From Candidatus Aerophobetes bacterium Ae_b3b (GTDB lineage Bacteria; Aerophobota; Aerophobia; Aerophobales; AE-B3A): a DNA stretch of 64,000 nt. The stretch is from assembly GCA_005223085.1 (NCBI GenBank), contig NJBP01000001.1, positions 12,895 to 76,894 of the forward strand. The letters are read 5' to 3'. Positions 45,294 through 54,816 of the stretch are shown in pieces. A program made the translations under genes and the position numbers. The notes under the pieces are model-generated. The model did no database searches, was not told the DNA's origin, and saw only the letters and a program-made list of their open reading frames with translations. Every line of letters starts with the position of its first letter. Position 1 is the stretch's first letter.

Positions 45294-45479
45294 TACTGCC
45301 GGGCAGTTGTTTTCCTGCTGGGCGAGACTGTGAGAGGCGAGTATTTGTCTCCGGCGAGTCTTACCAATTCTCCCCCAAAGTTACTTCGATTAGAATAATC
45401 CAAAGAGCATCTCAGCGAGAGAGGAGCGGTACTGTGGTGGTACCCAAGGAAACGTAATGAAAATAGTGAAGGGAAAGAT

Positions 45480-46508
45480 ATGTCAGAACTAAGGAAGGAC
45501 CCCATTGTTGGACGATGGGTCATCATCTCCACCGAGAGAGGAAAGAGACCAGCTGATTTCATACATAGAGAAAGGTTAAAGCCTTCAAAGCTCGGACATC
45601 TTTGTCCTTTTTGTGAGGGAAACGAAGACAAAACCCCACCGGAGATCTATGCTTTGAGAAACCCAGATACTCGTCCCAATAGCCCTGGTTGGCAGGTAAG
45701 AGTAGTGGCCAATAAATTTCCCGCTCTTAGGTTAGGGGGGGATTTAGGAAGGCGGGAAGTGGGAATGTTCGATATGATGAATGGGATTGGAGCACATGAG
45801 GTGATTATTGAGTCCCCCGATCATGGAAAGACCCTTACCGATTTTGACCTACCTCACTTGAAAAAGGTTCTTTCTGTTTATAAGGAAAGGAGTCTTGATT
45901 TAAAGAAAAATCAGCGACTTAAATATATTCTCCTCTTTAAAAATTATGGACAGGATGCCGGTGCCTCCTTAGAACATTCTCATTCTCAGCTGATAGCTAC
46001 TTCTATTATCCCCAAGCGAATCAAAGAGAAACTTCAAGGAGCTAAAAGGTATTTTGATTACAAACAAAGATGCATCTTCTGTGATATTATACACCAAGAA
46101 ATAGATTACGGGGTAAGAATAATCGGGGTGAGCCATGATTTTGTGGCCATTGCTCCTTTTGCTGCAAGATTCCCCTTTGAGGTCTGGATTCTACCACGCC
46201 GACATTCTCCCGATTTCGATCGCTCTTCCAACGAGGAACTCAGGGGTTTAGGGAAAATATTGAGATCCATTTTGAGAAGATTATCACGAGTCTTAAACAA
46301 TCCTTCCTATAATTTTGTCCTTCATGTTGCCCCTAGTCGTAGCCCCCGGCGAGGTTACTGGCAAACTATAGATAAGGACTATCACTGGCATTTAGAGATC
46401 ATGCCTCGCATCGTTAAAACAGGGGGATTTGAGTGGGGAACAGGTTTTTACATTAACCCTACTCCTCCTGAAGAAACAGCTACCTACTTGAGAGAACTGC
46501 AAGAATGA
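45480..46508 (+). CDS. galT: galactose-1-phosphate uridylyltransferase-family (HIT superfamily) nucleotidyltransferase
   Basis: LRKDPIVGRWVIIS, CPFCEGNE, ANKFPAL, SLEHSHSQLIA (HxHxQ). Confidence 0.85.
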   Translation: MSELRKDPIVGRWVIISTERGKRPADFIHRERLKPSKLGHLCPFCEGNEDKTPPEIYALRNPDTRPNSPGWQVRVVANKFPALRLGGDLGRREVGMFDMMNGIGAHEVIIESPDHGKTLTDFDLPHLKKVLSVYKERSLDLKKNQRLKYILLFKNYGQDAGASLEHSHSQLIATSIIPKRIKEKLQGAKRYFDYKQRCIFCDIIHQEIDYGVRIIGVSHDFVAIAPFAARFPFEVWILPRRHSPDFDRSSNEELRGLGKILRSILRRLSRVLNNPSYNFVLHVAPSRSPRRGYWQTIDKDYHWHLEIMPRIVKTGGFEWGTGFYINPTPPEETATYLRELQE

Positions 46509-46519
46509 CTAAGGTATCT

Positions 46520-47578
46520 TTAGATTTTGCTTAACTCTTTCTTTAAAAAATCGATCATTTTCACTGGTGTGGGGTCAACTTCCTCAGCTATAGCCAAATA
46601 AAAACTTACCCAGTCTCCCATATATATTGCCGATAGGACTCTGGTTAACTTATCTTTCCCTTCTGTCCAGATTTCAGCCCATTTTACTTTTCTTTTTTTT
46701 ATTATGGATTGGGTAACTTCAATTCTTTTTTTAATTCTTTCTTCCTCCCTATGATCTCGAATAAAAATAGGGTAAAATCGCGTTAAATCTGTCCTTCCTT
46801 CCCCTCCCCACCCCACAATTTCATTATGGTTAAGTTCGGGGAAAACGTCCCAGAAGGCCAAGATTTTACTATTTTCATTAAACTGGGTCTTTAACCTGTG
46901 AGCAACCACATCGGTATTTCCTTCTACCCCGTACACGAGAGGTATCCTCCCAATGAGTTCTTGTGCAAGGGATTTAGCCGAATTTTTGCTCAAGGGGACT
47001 TTTGGATGACATCTCTTCCTGACGTCATGCAAAACTTGAAGTAACTCATCATAATTTTGAGGTTCTATCCATTTTAGTCTCTCTAAAACCTTAAGCATGG
47101 GAATAGATAGATAACCAATGGTTGTGCGAGGAGGCATCCCGGAAGGAACAATTAGGCATGGCACTTCATCCTGTTTGCTTAAGTCTTTTAACTTACCCCC
47201 ACTGCAAATTGAAATAAGAAAAGACCTCCTTTTCTTGCCCTCCTCATAAGCCGAAAGAGCTTCCTCAGTGTTTCCTGAATAACTCACAATGAAGACCAAG
47301 CTCTCTTCATCTACCAGTCGAGGCAAGCCATAGTTTCGGTTGATCAAAATTGGTATTTTCAATTCTTGAAAAAGGAGGGTCTTTAATATATCGCCTCCTA
47401 TAGCTGATCCACCCAGCCCACATACTACAGTCTTTTTAAATTTGCCCGGAGTTTGAGGAGAAAGGGGTAAAGTATCTGCCAGCCTAATTGCCTGCTGGCA
47501 CTGAAGGGGGAAATCAAATAAGAGTTTCCACATTTTGCTTCTGTCAATCTTTTCTAACCTTTCCAGATCATCCCACAT
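46520..47578 (-). CDS. bifunctional phosphoglucose/phosphomannose isomerase (SIS-domain, archaeal type)
   Basis: 352 aa. CGLGGSAIGGDILK, FIVSYSGNTEE, and NHNEIVGW are typical of the PGI/PMI family. Confidence 0.8.
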   Translation of the reverse strand: MWDDLERLEKIDRSKMWKLLFDFPLQCQQAIRLADTLPLSPQTPGKFKKTVVCGLGGSAIGGDILKTLLFQELKIPILINRNYGLPRLVDEESLVFIVSYSGNTEEALSAYEEGKKRRSFLISICSGGKLKDLSKQDEVPCLIVPSGMPPRTTIGYLSIPMLKVLERLKWIEPQNYDELLQVLHDVRKRCHPKVPLSKNSAKSLAQELIGRIPLVYGVEGNTDVVAHRLKTQFNENSKILAFWDVFPELNHNEIVGWGGEGRTDLTRFYPIFIRDHREEERIKKRIEVTQSIIKKRKVKWAEIWTEGKDKLTRVLSAIYMGDWVSFYLAIAEEVDPTPVKMIDFLKKELSKI

Positions 47579-47579
47579 C

Positions 47580-49322
47580 TTAGCTTCCTTTCAAGATTCT
47601 TTTGATTTTCCTGGATAGCTTCCTCTGGGCGAATCTTCTGGCTTCGTATGAGGTGCTGAGTTTCAAAAGCTCTGAGGCCACTTTTTGCGTCTCTTCCCAC
47701 GTCACCCCCCGAATAATTTTTTTTATCTCTAGAAGAGAAGTTGGGGCTACACTGAATTCATCTATCTCCAATCCCAGAAGAATCAAGACAAACAGCGGAT
47801 CACTGGCCATCTCTCCACAGGCTCCCACCCAAATGCCTTCACGATGAGCGCATTTTACGATATTATCGATCAATCTCAAGATGGTTGGGTGCAGAGGCTG
47901 GTAAAGATAGGCTACCTTCTCATTTACCCGGTCCACTGCCAGGCTGTATTGTATTAAATCATTCGTCCCCAGGCTAAAGAAATCAACCTCTTTGGCCAGA
48001 AGGTCAGCTATTATCGCGGCCGAAGGGACTTCAATCATTGCTCCTACCTCGACATCGTCCGAAAAAGATGTTCCCTCTCTTTTTAGTTCTCTTTTTACCT
48101 CAGATAGAATTGTCCTGGCCTTCTCGATCTCCTCCACTCCTGAGATCATGGGATACATAATTTTTACCTTGCCAAAACTACCAGCTCTCAAGATAGCCCT
48201 CAGCTGAACTTTAAAGATGTCTACTTTCTCTAAACACAGTCTTATGGCCCTCCAGCCCATAAAGGGGTTTATTTCGGAAGGAACAGGAAAATGAGAGAGA
48301 AATTTATCTCCTCCCAAATCCAATGTTCTAATAATCACTGTATTAGGAGCTGCCTTCTCAGCCACTATTTTATAAGCTTGCATCTGTTCGGCCTCACTGG
48401 GTAGAGTTTCTCTATTCATATAGAGATACTCGGTTCTATATAACCCTACCCCTTCCGCTCCATCCCTTAGGGCAACATCTATCTCTTCCGGACCTGCGAT
48501 ATTAACTGCTAATTCTACTTCTCGGCCATCGAGGGTCTGAGGAGGTAAAGATCTCAAAGTCTCCAGTTTTCTTTGGTAAGAGAGAAACTCTTTCTGACTT
48601 CTTTTATACCGTTCTATTTGCTTGAAAGTGGGATTAACAAATATCTTTCCTTCATTTCCATCTAGGATAATTACTGAGCCTGGTTTAACTTTCTGGGTTA
48701 TGTCTCTCAATCCAACTACGGCAGGAATCTTCAGTGAGCGAGCCATAATAGCAGTATGAGATGTTCTTCCCCCAATATTGGTGGCAAAACCCAATATTTT
48801 ATCTTTCTGCATAGCCACAGTATCTGAGGGAGCAAGATCATAGGCCACCAATATTATTTCCTCCTCTAGATGAGAGAGACTCAAAGTTGGTCTCTTTAGA
48901 AGGTTAGCCAGGACTCGCTCGCCTATATCTTCTACATCTCTGAATCTTTCCTGAATAAACCCAGCCTGAGCAGAGGCAAACTTTGCTGGAAAAGCTTTGA
49001 GGGTATTTCTAAGAGATGCCTCAGCGTTCAGTCTTTGCTTCCTTATTCTATCTATGGTAGCCCCGATAAGAAGTGGATCTTCCAATATTAATAGATGAGC
49101 CTGAAAAATGTATGCTTCCTTTTCTCCTATGGTCTTCTTTACTCTTTTTTTTATCTCCTCCAGTTCCCTTTTTGATTCTTCCACCGCTTCCCTAAATCTT
49201 TTTATTTCAGCCTCTATTACTTCTTCTTTGATTTCATATTCAAGTATACAAAAATTCTCCTTCTCCAGGATGTATACTTTTCCTATAGCAATTCCGGGAG
49301 AAGCAGCTATTCCTTTAGGCAT
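47580..49322 (-). CDS. ptsI: phosphoenolpyruvate-protein phosphotransferase (PTS enzyme I)
   Basis: GIAASPGIAIG, GGRTSHTAIMARSLKIPAVVG (phospho-His), GLYRTEYLY, FFSLGTNDLIQY. Confidence 0.92.
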   Translation of the reverse strand: MPKGIAASPGIAIGKVYILEKENFCILEYEIKEEVIEAEIKRFREAVEESKRELEEIKKRVKKTIGEKEAYIFQAHLLILEDPLLIGATIDRIRKQRLNAEASLRNTLKAFPAKFASAQAGFIQERFRDVEDIGERVLANLLKRPTLSLSHLEEEIILVAYDLAPSDTVAMQKDKILGFATNIGGRTSHTAIMARSLKIPAVVGLRDITQKVKPGSVIILDGNEGKIFVNPTFKQIERYKRSQKEFLSYQRKLETLRSLPPQTLDGREVELAVNIAGPEEIDVALRDGAEGVGLYRTEYLYMNRETLPSEAEQMQAYKIVAEKAAPNTVIIRTLDLGGDKFLSHFPVPSEINPFMGWRAIRLCLEKVDIFKVQLRAILRAGSFGKVKIMYPMISGVEEIEKARTILSEVKRELKREGTSFSDDVEVGAMIEVPSAAIIADLLAKEVDFFSLGTNDLIQYSLAVDRVNEKVAYLYQPLHPTILRLIDNIVKCAHREGIWVGACGEMASDPLFVLILLGLEIDEFSVAPTSLLEIKKIIRGVTWEETQKVASELLKLSTSYEARRFAQRKLSRKIKRILKGS

Positions 49323-50659
49323 AAACCTCCTCCATGGAGCTTTAAAATCTTTCTCGCCTCACCAACAAGGTATAGGGAGCCCGTTATACAAATTAAATCC
49401 TCATCGCGGCTTATCTTCACTGCGTATTTTAGAGCCTTAGTTAGGTCCTTTTCAATGACAACTCTTTGTTGGAATTCCTTCGTTCTTTTAGCAATATCTT
49501 CTGGCTCTGCGGCTCTTATGAATTTTATCTTAGTTAAGATTACCTCCTTAGCCAAAGGAAAAATTTCTCTGGCTACGCTGTTAACATTTTTGTCCTTGCA
49601 ACAACTGAAGACAAGAATTAAATTTTGATAGTTAAAATATTCTTTTATTGTATTTTTTAATGCTTTGGCCGAGGTGGAATTATGAGCCCCATCTAAGGCT
49701 ATTAAAGGGCCATTTTTTATAACTTCTATCCTTCCTGGCCAATGAACTTTCTTTAAGCCTTCCTTTATAGATTCCTTTTTTATCTCCCAACCCTGCTTGT
49801 TTAAAAGTTCACACGTTGCAACCGCCATGGCTGCGTTTGTTATTTGATGTCTTCCTATCAGAGGAAGGTAAAGCCTCTCATAACTGTCATAGAGACCTTT
49901 AAGGGAAAAAAATTGTCCATAGAGAGTACTTTCTAACTTTTTCCACCTCATTAGGTTCGATATCTTTAACAACTTTGCTTTTTTTTCCTGACAGGTCTTA
50001 GCAATAATGTCTATGACTTCATCTTCTTGGGTAGGTGTGATCACTGTAGACCTTTCTTTGATTATACCTGTCTTTTCATAGGCAATCTTATCCAACGAAT
50101 TACCCAGTAACTGAGTATGGTCAAGACCTATGGGAGAAATTAAACAGATGATCGGCTTAACAACATTAGTGGCATCTAACCTTCCTCCCAGTCCAACTTC
50201 CAATATTGAAAAATCGACCTTTTTTTTTGAAAAATATAAAAAAGCGAGACTAGTAATTACTTCAAAAAATGTTAGTGCGGATTTGACTTTTTCCACAGCT
50301 AACCTGATTTCGTCCACTAACTCAATTACTTCCTTTTGGCTAATTATTTTACCATTAACTTTTATCCTTTCTCTTAGAGAATAAAAATGCGGTGAAGTGT
50401 AAAGACCTGTTTTGAATCCTGCTTGATTCAATATGGAAGAAGTCATGACACAAATAGATCCTTTCCCCTTCGTGCCCCCAACGTGTATAACTTTACCTAT
50501 TTTATGGTGGGGATTACCGAGATAATACAGAAGGGTTTCAACCCGATTTAAGTTGAAATGATCTGGATCATAAAAAAAGTCTGTATAGTATTCATAGTTA
50601 ACGAAGCTATTTAGATATTTCAATGCAGCCTTATAAGATGTAGTTGATCGAAAGCTCAT
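49307..50659 (-). CDS. folC: bifunctional folylpolyglutamate synthase / dihydrofolate synthase
   Basis: VIHVGGTKGKGS, SPHFYSLRERI, FEVITSLAF, VGLGGRLDATN, DGAHN. Confidence 0.9.
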   Translation of the reverse strand: MSFRSTTSYKAALKYLNSFVNYEYYTDFFYDPDHFNLNRVETLLYYLGNPHHKIGKVIHVGGTKGKGSICVMTSSILNQAGFKTGLYTSPHFYSLRERIKVNGKIISQKEVIELVDEIRLAVEKVKSALTFFEVITSLAFLYFSKKKVDFSILEVGLGGRLDATNVVKPIICLISPIGLDHTQLLGNSLDKIAYEKTGIIKERSTVITPTQEDEVIDIIAKTCQEKKAKLLKISNLMRWKKLESTLYGQFFSLKGLYDSYERLYLPLIGRHQITNAAMAVATCELLNKQGWEIKKESIKEGLKKVHWPGRIEVIKNGPLIALDGAHNSTSAKALKNTIKEYFNYQNLILVFSCCKDKNVNSVAREIFPLAKEVILTKIKFIRAAEPEDIAKRTKEFQQRVVIEKDLTKALKYAVKISRDEDLICITGSLYLVGEARKILKLHGGGLCLKE

Positions 50660-50817
50660 TCTGGATCCATCGAACGTTGAAATATTTCAGCCCTTATAGT
50701 AACTACAAAAATAATTGGTGGCGATTTTGACCTGACGTCTCCTGGAGGCTAAATATATCACGGCGAGGAGATTAGAATGAGTGTAAACAACAGGTTACTA
50801 TTTAAGAGCATGAATTT

Positions 50818-52065
50818 TTATTTCAAATCCTCATAAATGGGAAATTGCTGACAGAGCTCTCTTACCCAGCTTCTCATTTTTTTTCTCAAGGTTCTGTCCT
50901 CTGGACTCGATAGTATTTTATTTATCCACTTTCCAATCAGTTGCATCTCAGGTTCTCTCATTCCTCTGGTAGTAAGAGCAGGGGTCCCCGGTCTTATCCC
51001 CGAGGTTATAGAAGGCGGTTGGGGATCAAAAGGGATACTATTTTTGTTAACCACTATGCCTGCTTCTTCCAAAATAGTAGCTGCTTTATCACCTGTTAGT
51101 GATTTTTTTGACAGATCAACCAGTATAAGATGGGTATCGGTGCCACCGGAGACCAATCTTAGCCCATCTTCCCTCAAGCTCTTAGCTAATGCTTTGGCGT
51201 TGGAGACAATCTGCTGTTGATATTCTTTAAATTCAAGTCTTTGCGCTTCCTGAAAACATACCGCTTTTGCGGCTATGGTATGCATGAATGGTCCCCCTTG
51301 AGTACCAGGAAAAATAGCTCTATCTATCCGAGAGGCAAGGTTTTGGCGACAGATGATCACTCCTCCGCGGGGACCCCGCAGAGTTTTGTGGGTGGTGGTA
51401 GTGACTACATTAGCGTAAGGAACAGGATCCGGGTGTAGGCCAGTAACAATCAAGCCTATTATGTGAGCTACATCAGCCATAAGATAGGCACCTACCTCAT
51501 CGGCAATCCTCCTCCAGTGAGAGTAATCTATAGCCCGCGGATAAGCGCTAGCCCCCACTATTATCAATTGAGGATGGCAATTTTCAGCTATAGCCTGAAT
51601 TTCTTCATAATTAAAGGTCTCCGATTCTCTATCCACTCCGTAGTTGACGATCCGATAATGAGTATGAGGTAAAGTTGACCTATTTCCATGAGAAAGATGC
51701 CCTCCATGAGACAAATTTAAGGATAAAATGGTATCTCCCGGTTTAAGCAAAGCCTGATAGATAGCTATATTAGCCTGTGTTCCTGAATGAGCCTGTACAT
51801 TCACATGCTCAGCTTTAAAGATTTTTTTTGCCCGGGAAATGGCTAACTCCTCAATCTCATCTATAAATTTACAGCCCTGATAATGTCGTCTGCCTGGATA
51901 TCCTTCAGCATATTTATCAATCAAGACCGAACCTTCCACTTCCAAAACTGCCTTACTGGGATAATTTTCTGAAGGAATAAGAGTTAAACTGTTTTGCTGA
52001 CGCTGAAGTTCCTGCTTAAGAATCTCATTAACCTCAGGGTCATTTTGAGCCAATGAAATAGACAT
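50818..52065 (-). CDS. glyA: serine hydroxymethyltransferase
   Basis: LIPSENY, YAEGYPGRRYYQGC-type motif (RRHYQGC), VQAHSGTQAN, TTTTHKTLRGPRGG. Confidence 0.95.
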   Translation of the reverse strand: MSISLAQNDPEVNEILKQELQRQQNSLTLIPSENYPSKAVLEVEGSVLIDKYAEGYPGRRHYQGCKFIDEIEELAISRAKKIFKAEHVNVQAHSGTQANIAIYQALLKPGDTILSLNLSHGGHLSHGNRSTLPHTHYRIVNYGVDRESETFNYEEIQAIAENCHPQLIIVGASAYPRAIDYSHWRRIADEVGAYLMADVAHIIGLIVTGLHPDPVPYANVVTTTTHKTLRGPRGGVIICRQNLASRIDRAIFPGTQGGPFMHTIAAKAVCFQEAQRLEFKEYQQQIVSNAKALAKSLREDGLRLVSGGTDTHLILVDLSKKSLTGDKAATILEEAGIVVNKNSIPFDPQPPSITSGIRPGTPALTTRGMREPEMQLIGKWINKILSSPEDRTLRKKMRSWVRELCQQFPIYEDLK

Positions 52066-52078
52066 GGAGAGCTCTCCT

Positions 52079-53644
52079 TTAATGTTTGAAATGTCTCATC
52101 CCCGTGAACACCATAGCCATTCTGAATCTATCGGCAGCTGCAATTATCTCTTGGTCGCGCAGCGAACCACCCGGTTGAATTAAGGCAGTTATCTCTGATT
52201 TTCCTGCCTCCTCTACCGCATCAGGAAAAGGGAAAAAGGCATCCGAAGCTAAGCATGCACCACTAGCTCTATCACCAGCCTTTCCAATGGCAAGCCTAGA
52301 AGAATCTACCCGACTCATCTGTCCTGCTCCCACTCCAACTACCGTTTTATCTTTGGATAGAACGATGGCATTAGATTTTACATGTTTGCAGACTGTCCAG
52401 GCAAATAAAAGTTCATCCTGCTCCTTTTGAGTGGGAGCTCTTTCTGTAACTGTTCTTAGATTACTAGAAAAGTAGGTTTCTTCATCCCTTTCCTGAAAAA
52501 GAATTCCACCTCGCACTCCTTTTATCTCGCAGCCGAGGTTTTCTCTGACTAAAGAGCCGTTGACTTTTAGAATACGTAGGTTCTTTCCCCATTTTTGCCC
52601 GGTTTTTAGGATTTCCAGAGCTTTTTTTTCATAGTCAGGGGCAATTATGGCTTCAATAAATTTATCGGGTGAAGCTATTTCTTCAGCAGTGAGGGGATCC
52701 ACTGTTCTATTTAATCCAATTATGCTTCCGAAGGCTGATACAGGATCTCCACTATAGGCATTTTTAAAAGCCTCTTGAAGATGAGAGGCACAGCCTACAC
52801 CACAGGGGTTGGTATGTTTTATTACCACGGCTGCTGGTTCTCTAAATTCTGATACTATGGCTAAAGCGGCATCTAGATCCAAAAGATTATTAAAGGAAAG
52901 GTCTTTCCCCCAAAGTTTTTCAGTAGAGGAAAGACTTGGTCGAGTCTCGATCCACTCTCTGTAAAAGGCAGCCTTCTGGTGGGAGTTTTCTCCATACCTC
53001 AGATTTTTTTGTTTCTTAAAGCTCAAGTTTATTATATCAGGAAATTTTTGTCCGGTTTCCTTTTCCATGTAGTGTGCAATAAGGGCATCATATGCACTAG
53101 TTTCCTGGAAGACCCTCATAGCTAAATTAAGACAGGTGGCCTGGCTGAGACAACATCTATTTTCTTCTAACTCCTTGAGGATCTGGGGGTACTGATCAGG
53201 ACCAGTCACTGTGGCTACATAAGGAAAATTCTTCGCTGCCGCCCGAAGCATGGTAGGTCCTCCGATGTCAATGTTTTCTCTAGCCTCTTTTAGACTCACC
53301 CTGGCCTTTTGCACAACCTCCTGGAAAGGATAAAAGTTTACCACCACCATGTCGATAAGTTCAACACCGTATTGCTTTATTTCTCTCATCTGTTCAGGGT
53401 CATCCCTTACAGCTAAAAGAGCCGCATGAATCCTGGGGTGCAAGGTTTTAACTCTTCCACCAAGCATAGCCGGACTATGGGTATACCTTGATACATCTCT
53501 TACCCGTATCCCAGCTTCTCTAAGGGCTCGTGCTGTACCTCCGGTGGAAAGAATCTCTATTCCTAATTTGGCGAGTCCCTTAGCAAAGTCAACTATTCCT
53601 TCCTTATGGAAGACACTGATAAGAGCTCTTTTGATCTCAGGCAT
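52079..53644 (-). CDS. purH: bifunctional AICAR formyltransferase / IMP cyclohydrolase
   Basis: ALISVFHKEG, STGGTA, GRVKTLHP, NFYPF, IDIGGPTMLRAAAKN, VGVGAGQMSRVDS, GMRHFKH. Confidence 0.95.
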   Translation of the reverse strand: MPEIKRALISVFHKEGIVDFAKGLAKLGIEILSTGGTARALREAGIRVRDVSRYTHSPAMLGGRVKTLHPRIHAALLAVRDDPEQMREIKQYGVELIDMVVVNFYPFQEVVQKARVSLKEARENIDIGGPTMLRAAAKNFPYVATVTGPDQYPQILKELEENRCCLSQATCLNLAMRVFQETSAYDALIAHYMEKETGQKFPDIINLSFKKQKNLRYGENSHQKAAFYREWIETRPSLSSTEKLWGKDLSFNNLLDLDAALAIVSEFREPAAVVIKHTNPCGVGCASHLQEAFKNAYSGDPVSAFGSIIGLNRTVDPLTAEEIASPDKFIEAIIAPDYEKKALEILKTGQKWGKNLRILKVNGSLVRENLGCEIKGVRGGILFQERDEETYFSSNLRTVTERAPTQKEQDELLFAWTVCKHVKSNAIVLSKDKTVVGVGAGQMSRVDSSRLAIGKAGDRASGACLASDAFFPFPDAVEEAGKSEITALIQPGGSLRDQEIIAAADRFRMAMVFTGMRHFKH

Positions 53645-53673
53645 TTTACCTTTCTCGAAAATTCCGATAATTC

Positions 53674-53701
53674 AACATAGCAAAATATTTCATTACGTCA
53701 A
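53674..53701 (-). promoter_or_regulatory. candidate purH promoter whose -35 is supplied by the end of repeat B1
   Basis: On the minus strand: TTGACG (53701..53696), 16 nt, TATGTT (53679..53674). About 30 nt upstream of the purH ATG. Confidence 0.4.
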
Positions 53702-53959
53702 GAATATCTCGGGACTCTTCCCCTTCGTCGCTGTATATCGACTTTGGATTGCTTCTGCTCGTCTTCTCGTCTCGGGAAAGACATGAGGATCTCGAGGGGG
53801 GAAAATATTCCCCCTCAACTCATCGCTCACTGCTCCCCCTAAATTCAAAGCCTGCAGAGCTGACTCGTTAAGGTGACTGATATAAGGCTTCTTTGGGGAA
53901 AGTCCCTCGATACGCGTATAAATCTTCTGAATGCTAATACTTTCCTGGGTACTATCAAG
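53698..53959 (+). repeat. family B intergenic repeat, copy 1
   Basis: Aligns along its length with 58073..58375 (for example ttccccttcgtcgctgtatatcgactttggatt, cgggaaagacatgaggatctcgagggggg, ggggaaagtccctcgata.gcgtataaatct). Confidence 0.85.
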
Positions 53960-53990
53960 TCAGTTGACCGATTAGATTTGTTTTGCTATA

Positions 53991-54806
53991 GTGTCTGCGA
54001 ATCAATCATCGAGGCCGAAATTGAGATTATATAAAAGTGAGGTGATTGTGCTTAGAGATTATGATCTAGGAGAACAAGATAAAATAGTTGTTTTTTATTC
54101 ACGAAGATATGGAAAGATAAAAGTGGTAGCAAAGGGGGCTAGAAGAATAAAAAGTAGGTTTGCTGCCCAGGTTCAGCCTCCTTCTTATGATAGTGTGGTA
54201 ATTCACAAAGCTACGAGAGGTGGTCTGCATACCTTGAGCGAGTGTAAGATTAATTACCCTTTTATAGGGATCAGAAAGAATCTCCTTAGGTTCGCCTATA
54301 GCTGTTATCTGGCCGAGTTGATTGACAAATGTTTGGAAGAAGAACAACCAAATTCTCATCTTTTTGAACTTCTGGTAAAGACCCTTTATTGCTTAGAAAA
54401 AATTCCTAAACAAAAGTTAAGTCTTTTGATGCGAAGTTTCGAGATAAAACTCTTAAAAATTTTGGGTTACGGGCTATACCTAAGCAGATGTATAAATTGT
54501 GGAAAAGAAAAAGGAAAGATTCAATCTCTCTTTGTTAGCATAAAGTCAGGTGGACTTCTTTGTGATGATTGCCAAGAGGAAGATAAGAACAGGCTAGAGG
54601 TTTCAAAAAAGACCGTTCTCTTGATGAATTATCTTCTTCATACAAGCCTGAAGAAGACAGTTCAACAAAATTGTGATAAGGCCATAGAAGTTGAACTGGA
54701 GGCTATTCTAAAAAGGTATCTTTCTTATCAATTATCGAGGGAGATGATTACTTCTCGCTTTGTTTGTACCTCTGAAAAGTTGGAATTGAAGCACCCAATA
54801 ATATAG
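53991..54806 (+). CDS. recO: DNA repair protein RecO
   Basis: SEVIVLRDYDLGEQDKIVVFYSRRYGKIKVVAKGARR, and the Zn motif CINCGK...CDDC. The start is possibly TTG 54021 (GAGG RBS), because a TTGACC-17-TATAGT promoter overlaps GTG 53991. Confidence 0.88.
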   Translation: MSANQSSRPKLRLYKSEVIVLRDYDLGEQDKIVVFYSRRYGKIKVVAKGARRIKSRFAAQVQPPSYDSVVIHKATRGGLHTLSECKINYPFIGIRKNLLRFAYSCYLAELIDKCLEEEQPNSHLFELLVKTLYCLEKIPKQKLSLLMRSFEIKLLKILGYGLYLSRCINCGKEKGKIQSLFVSIKSGGLLCDDCQEEDKNRLEVSKKTVLLMNYLLHTSLKKTVQQNCDKAIEVELEAILKRYLSYQLSREMITSRFVCTSEKLELKHPII

Positions 54807-54816
54807 GGAGGAGTCA

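Noticed and set aside
45294-45315. A Rho-independent terminator after frr (actgccgggcagt followed by tgttttcc).
   Set aside because: The stem is only about 5 bp with a 3-nt loop, and the U-tract is short. This is too weak to list as a feature.
45290-45631. A 113-aa minus-strand ORF spanning the frr-galT spacer.
   Set aside because: It overlaps the well-supported galT start region in antisense. It has no RBS and translates to a low-complexity, S/L/P-rich sequence.
53645-53698. ZTP (pfl) or THF riboswitch upstream of purH, glyA or folC (also looked at 50660-50817 and 52066-52078).
   Set aside because: The leaders are short (about 30-50 nt for purH, 13 nt for glyA). None shows the GGGTCGTGAC...CCGCCTGGGCA-type ZTP signature or THF motifs.
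53895-53907. GGGGAAAGTCCCT in repeat B (also at 58311-58323) resembles the RNase P RNA CR-I motif GGAAAGUCC.
   Set aside because: The element is present in at least two copies. It lacks the other universally conserved RNase P RNA regions (for example ACAGAA.CCGGCUUA) and is far too short.
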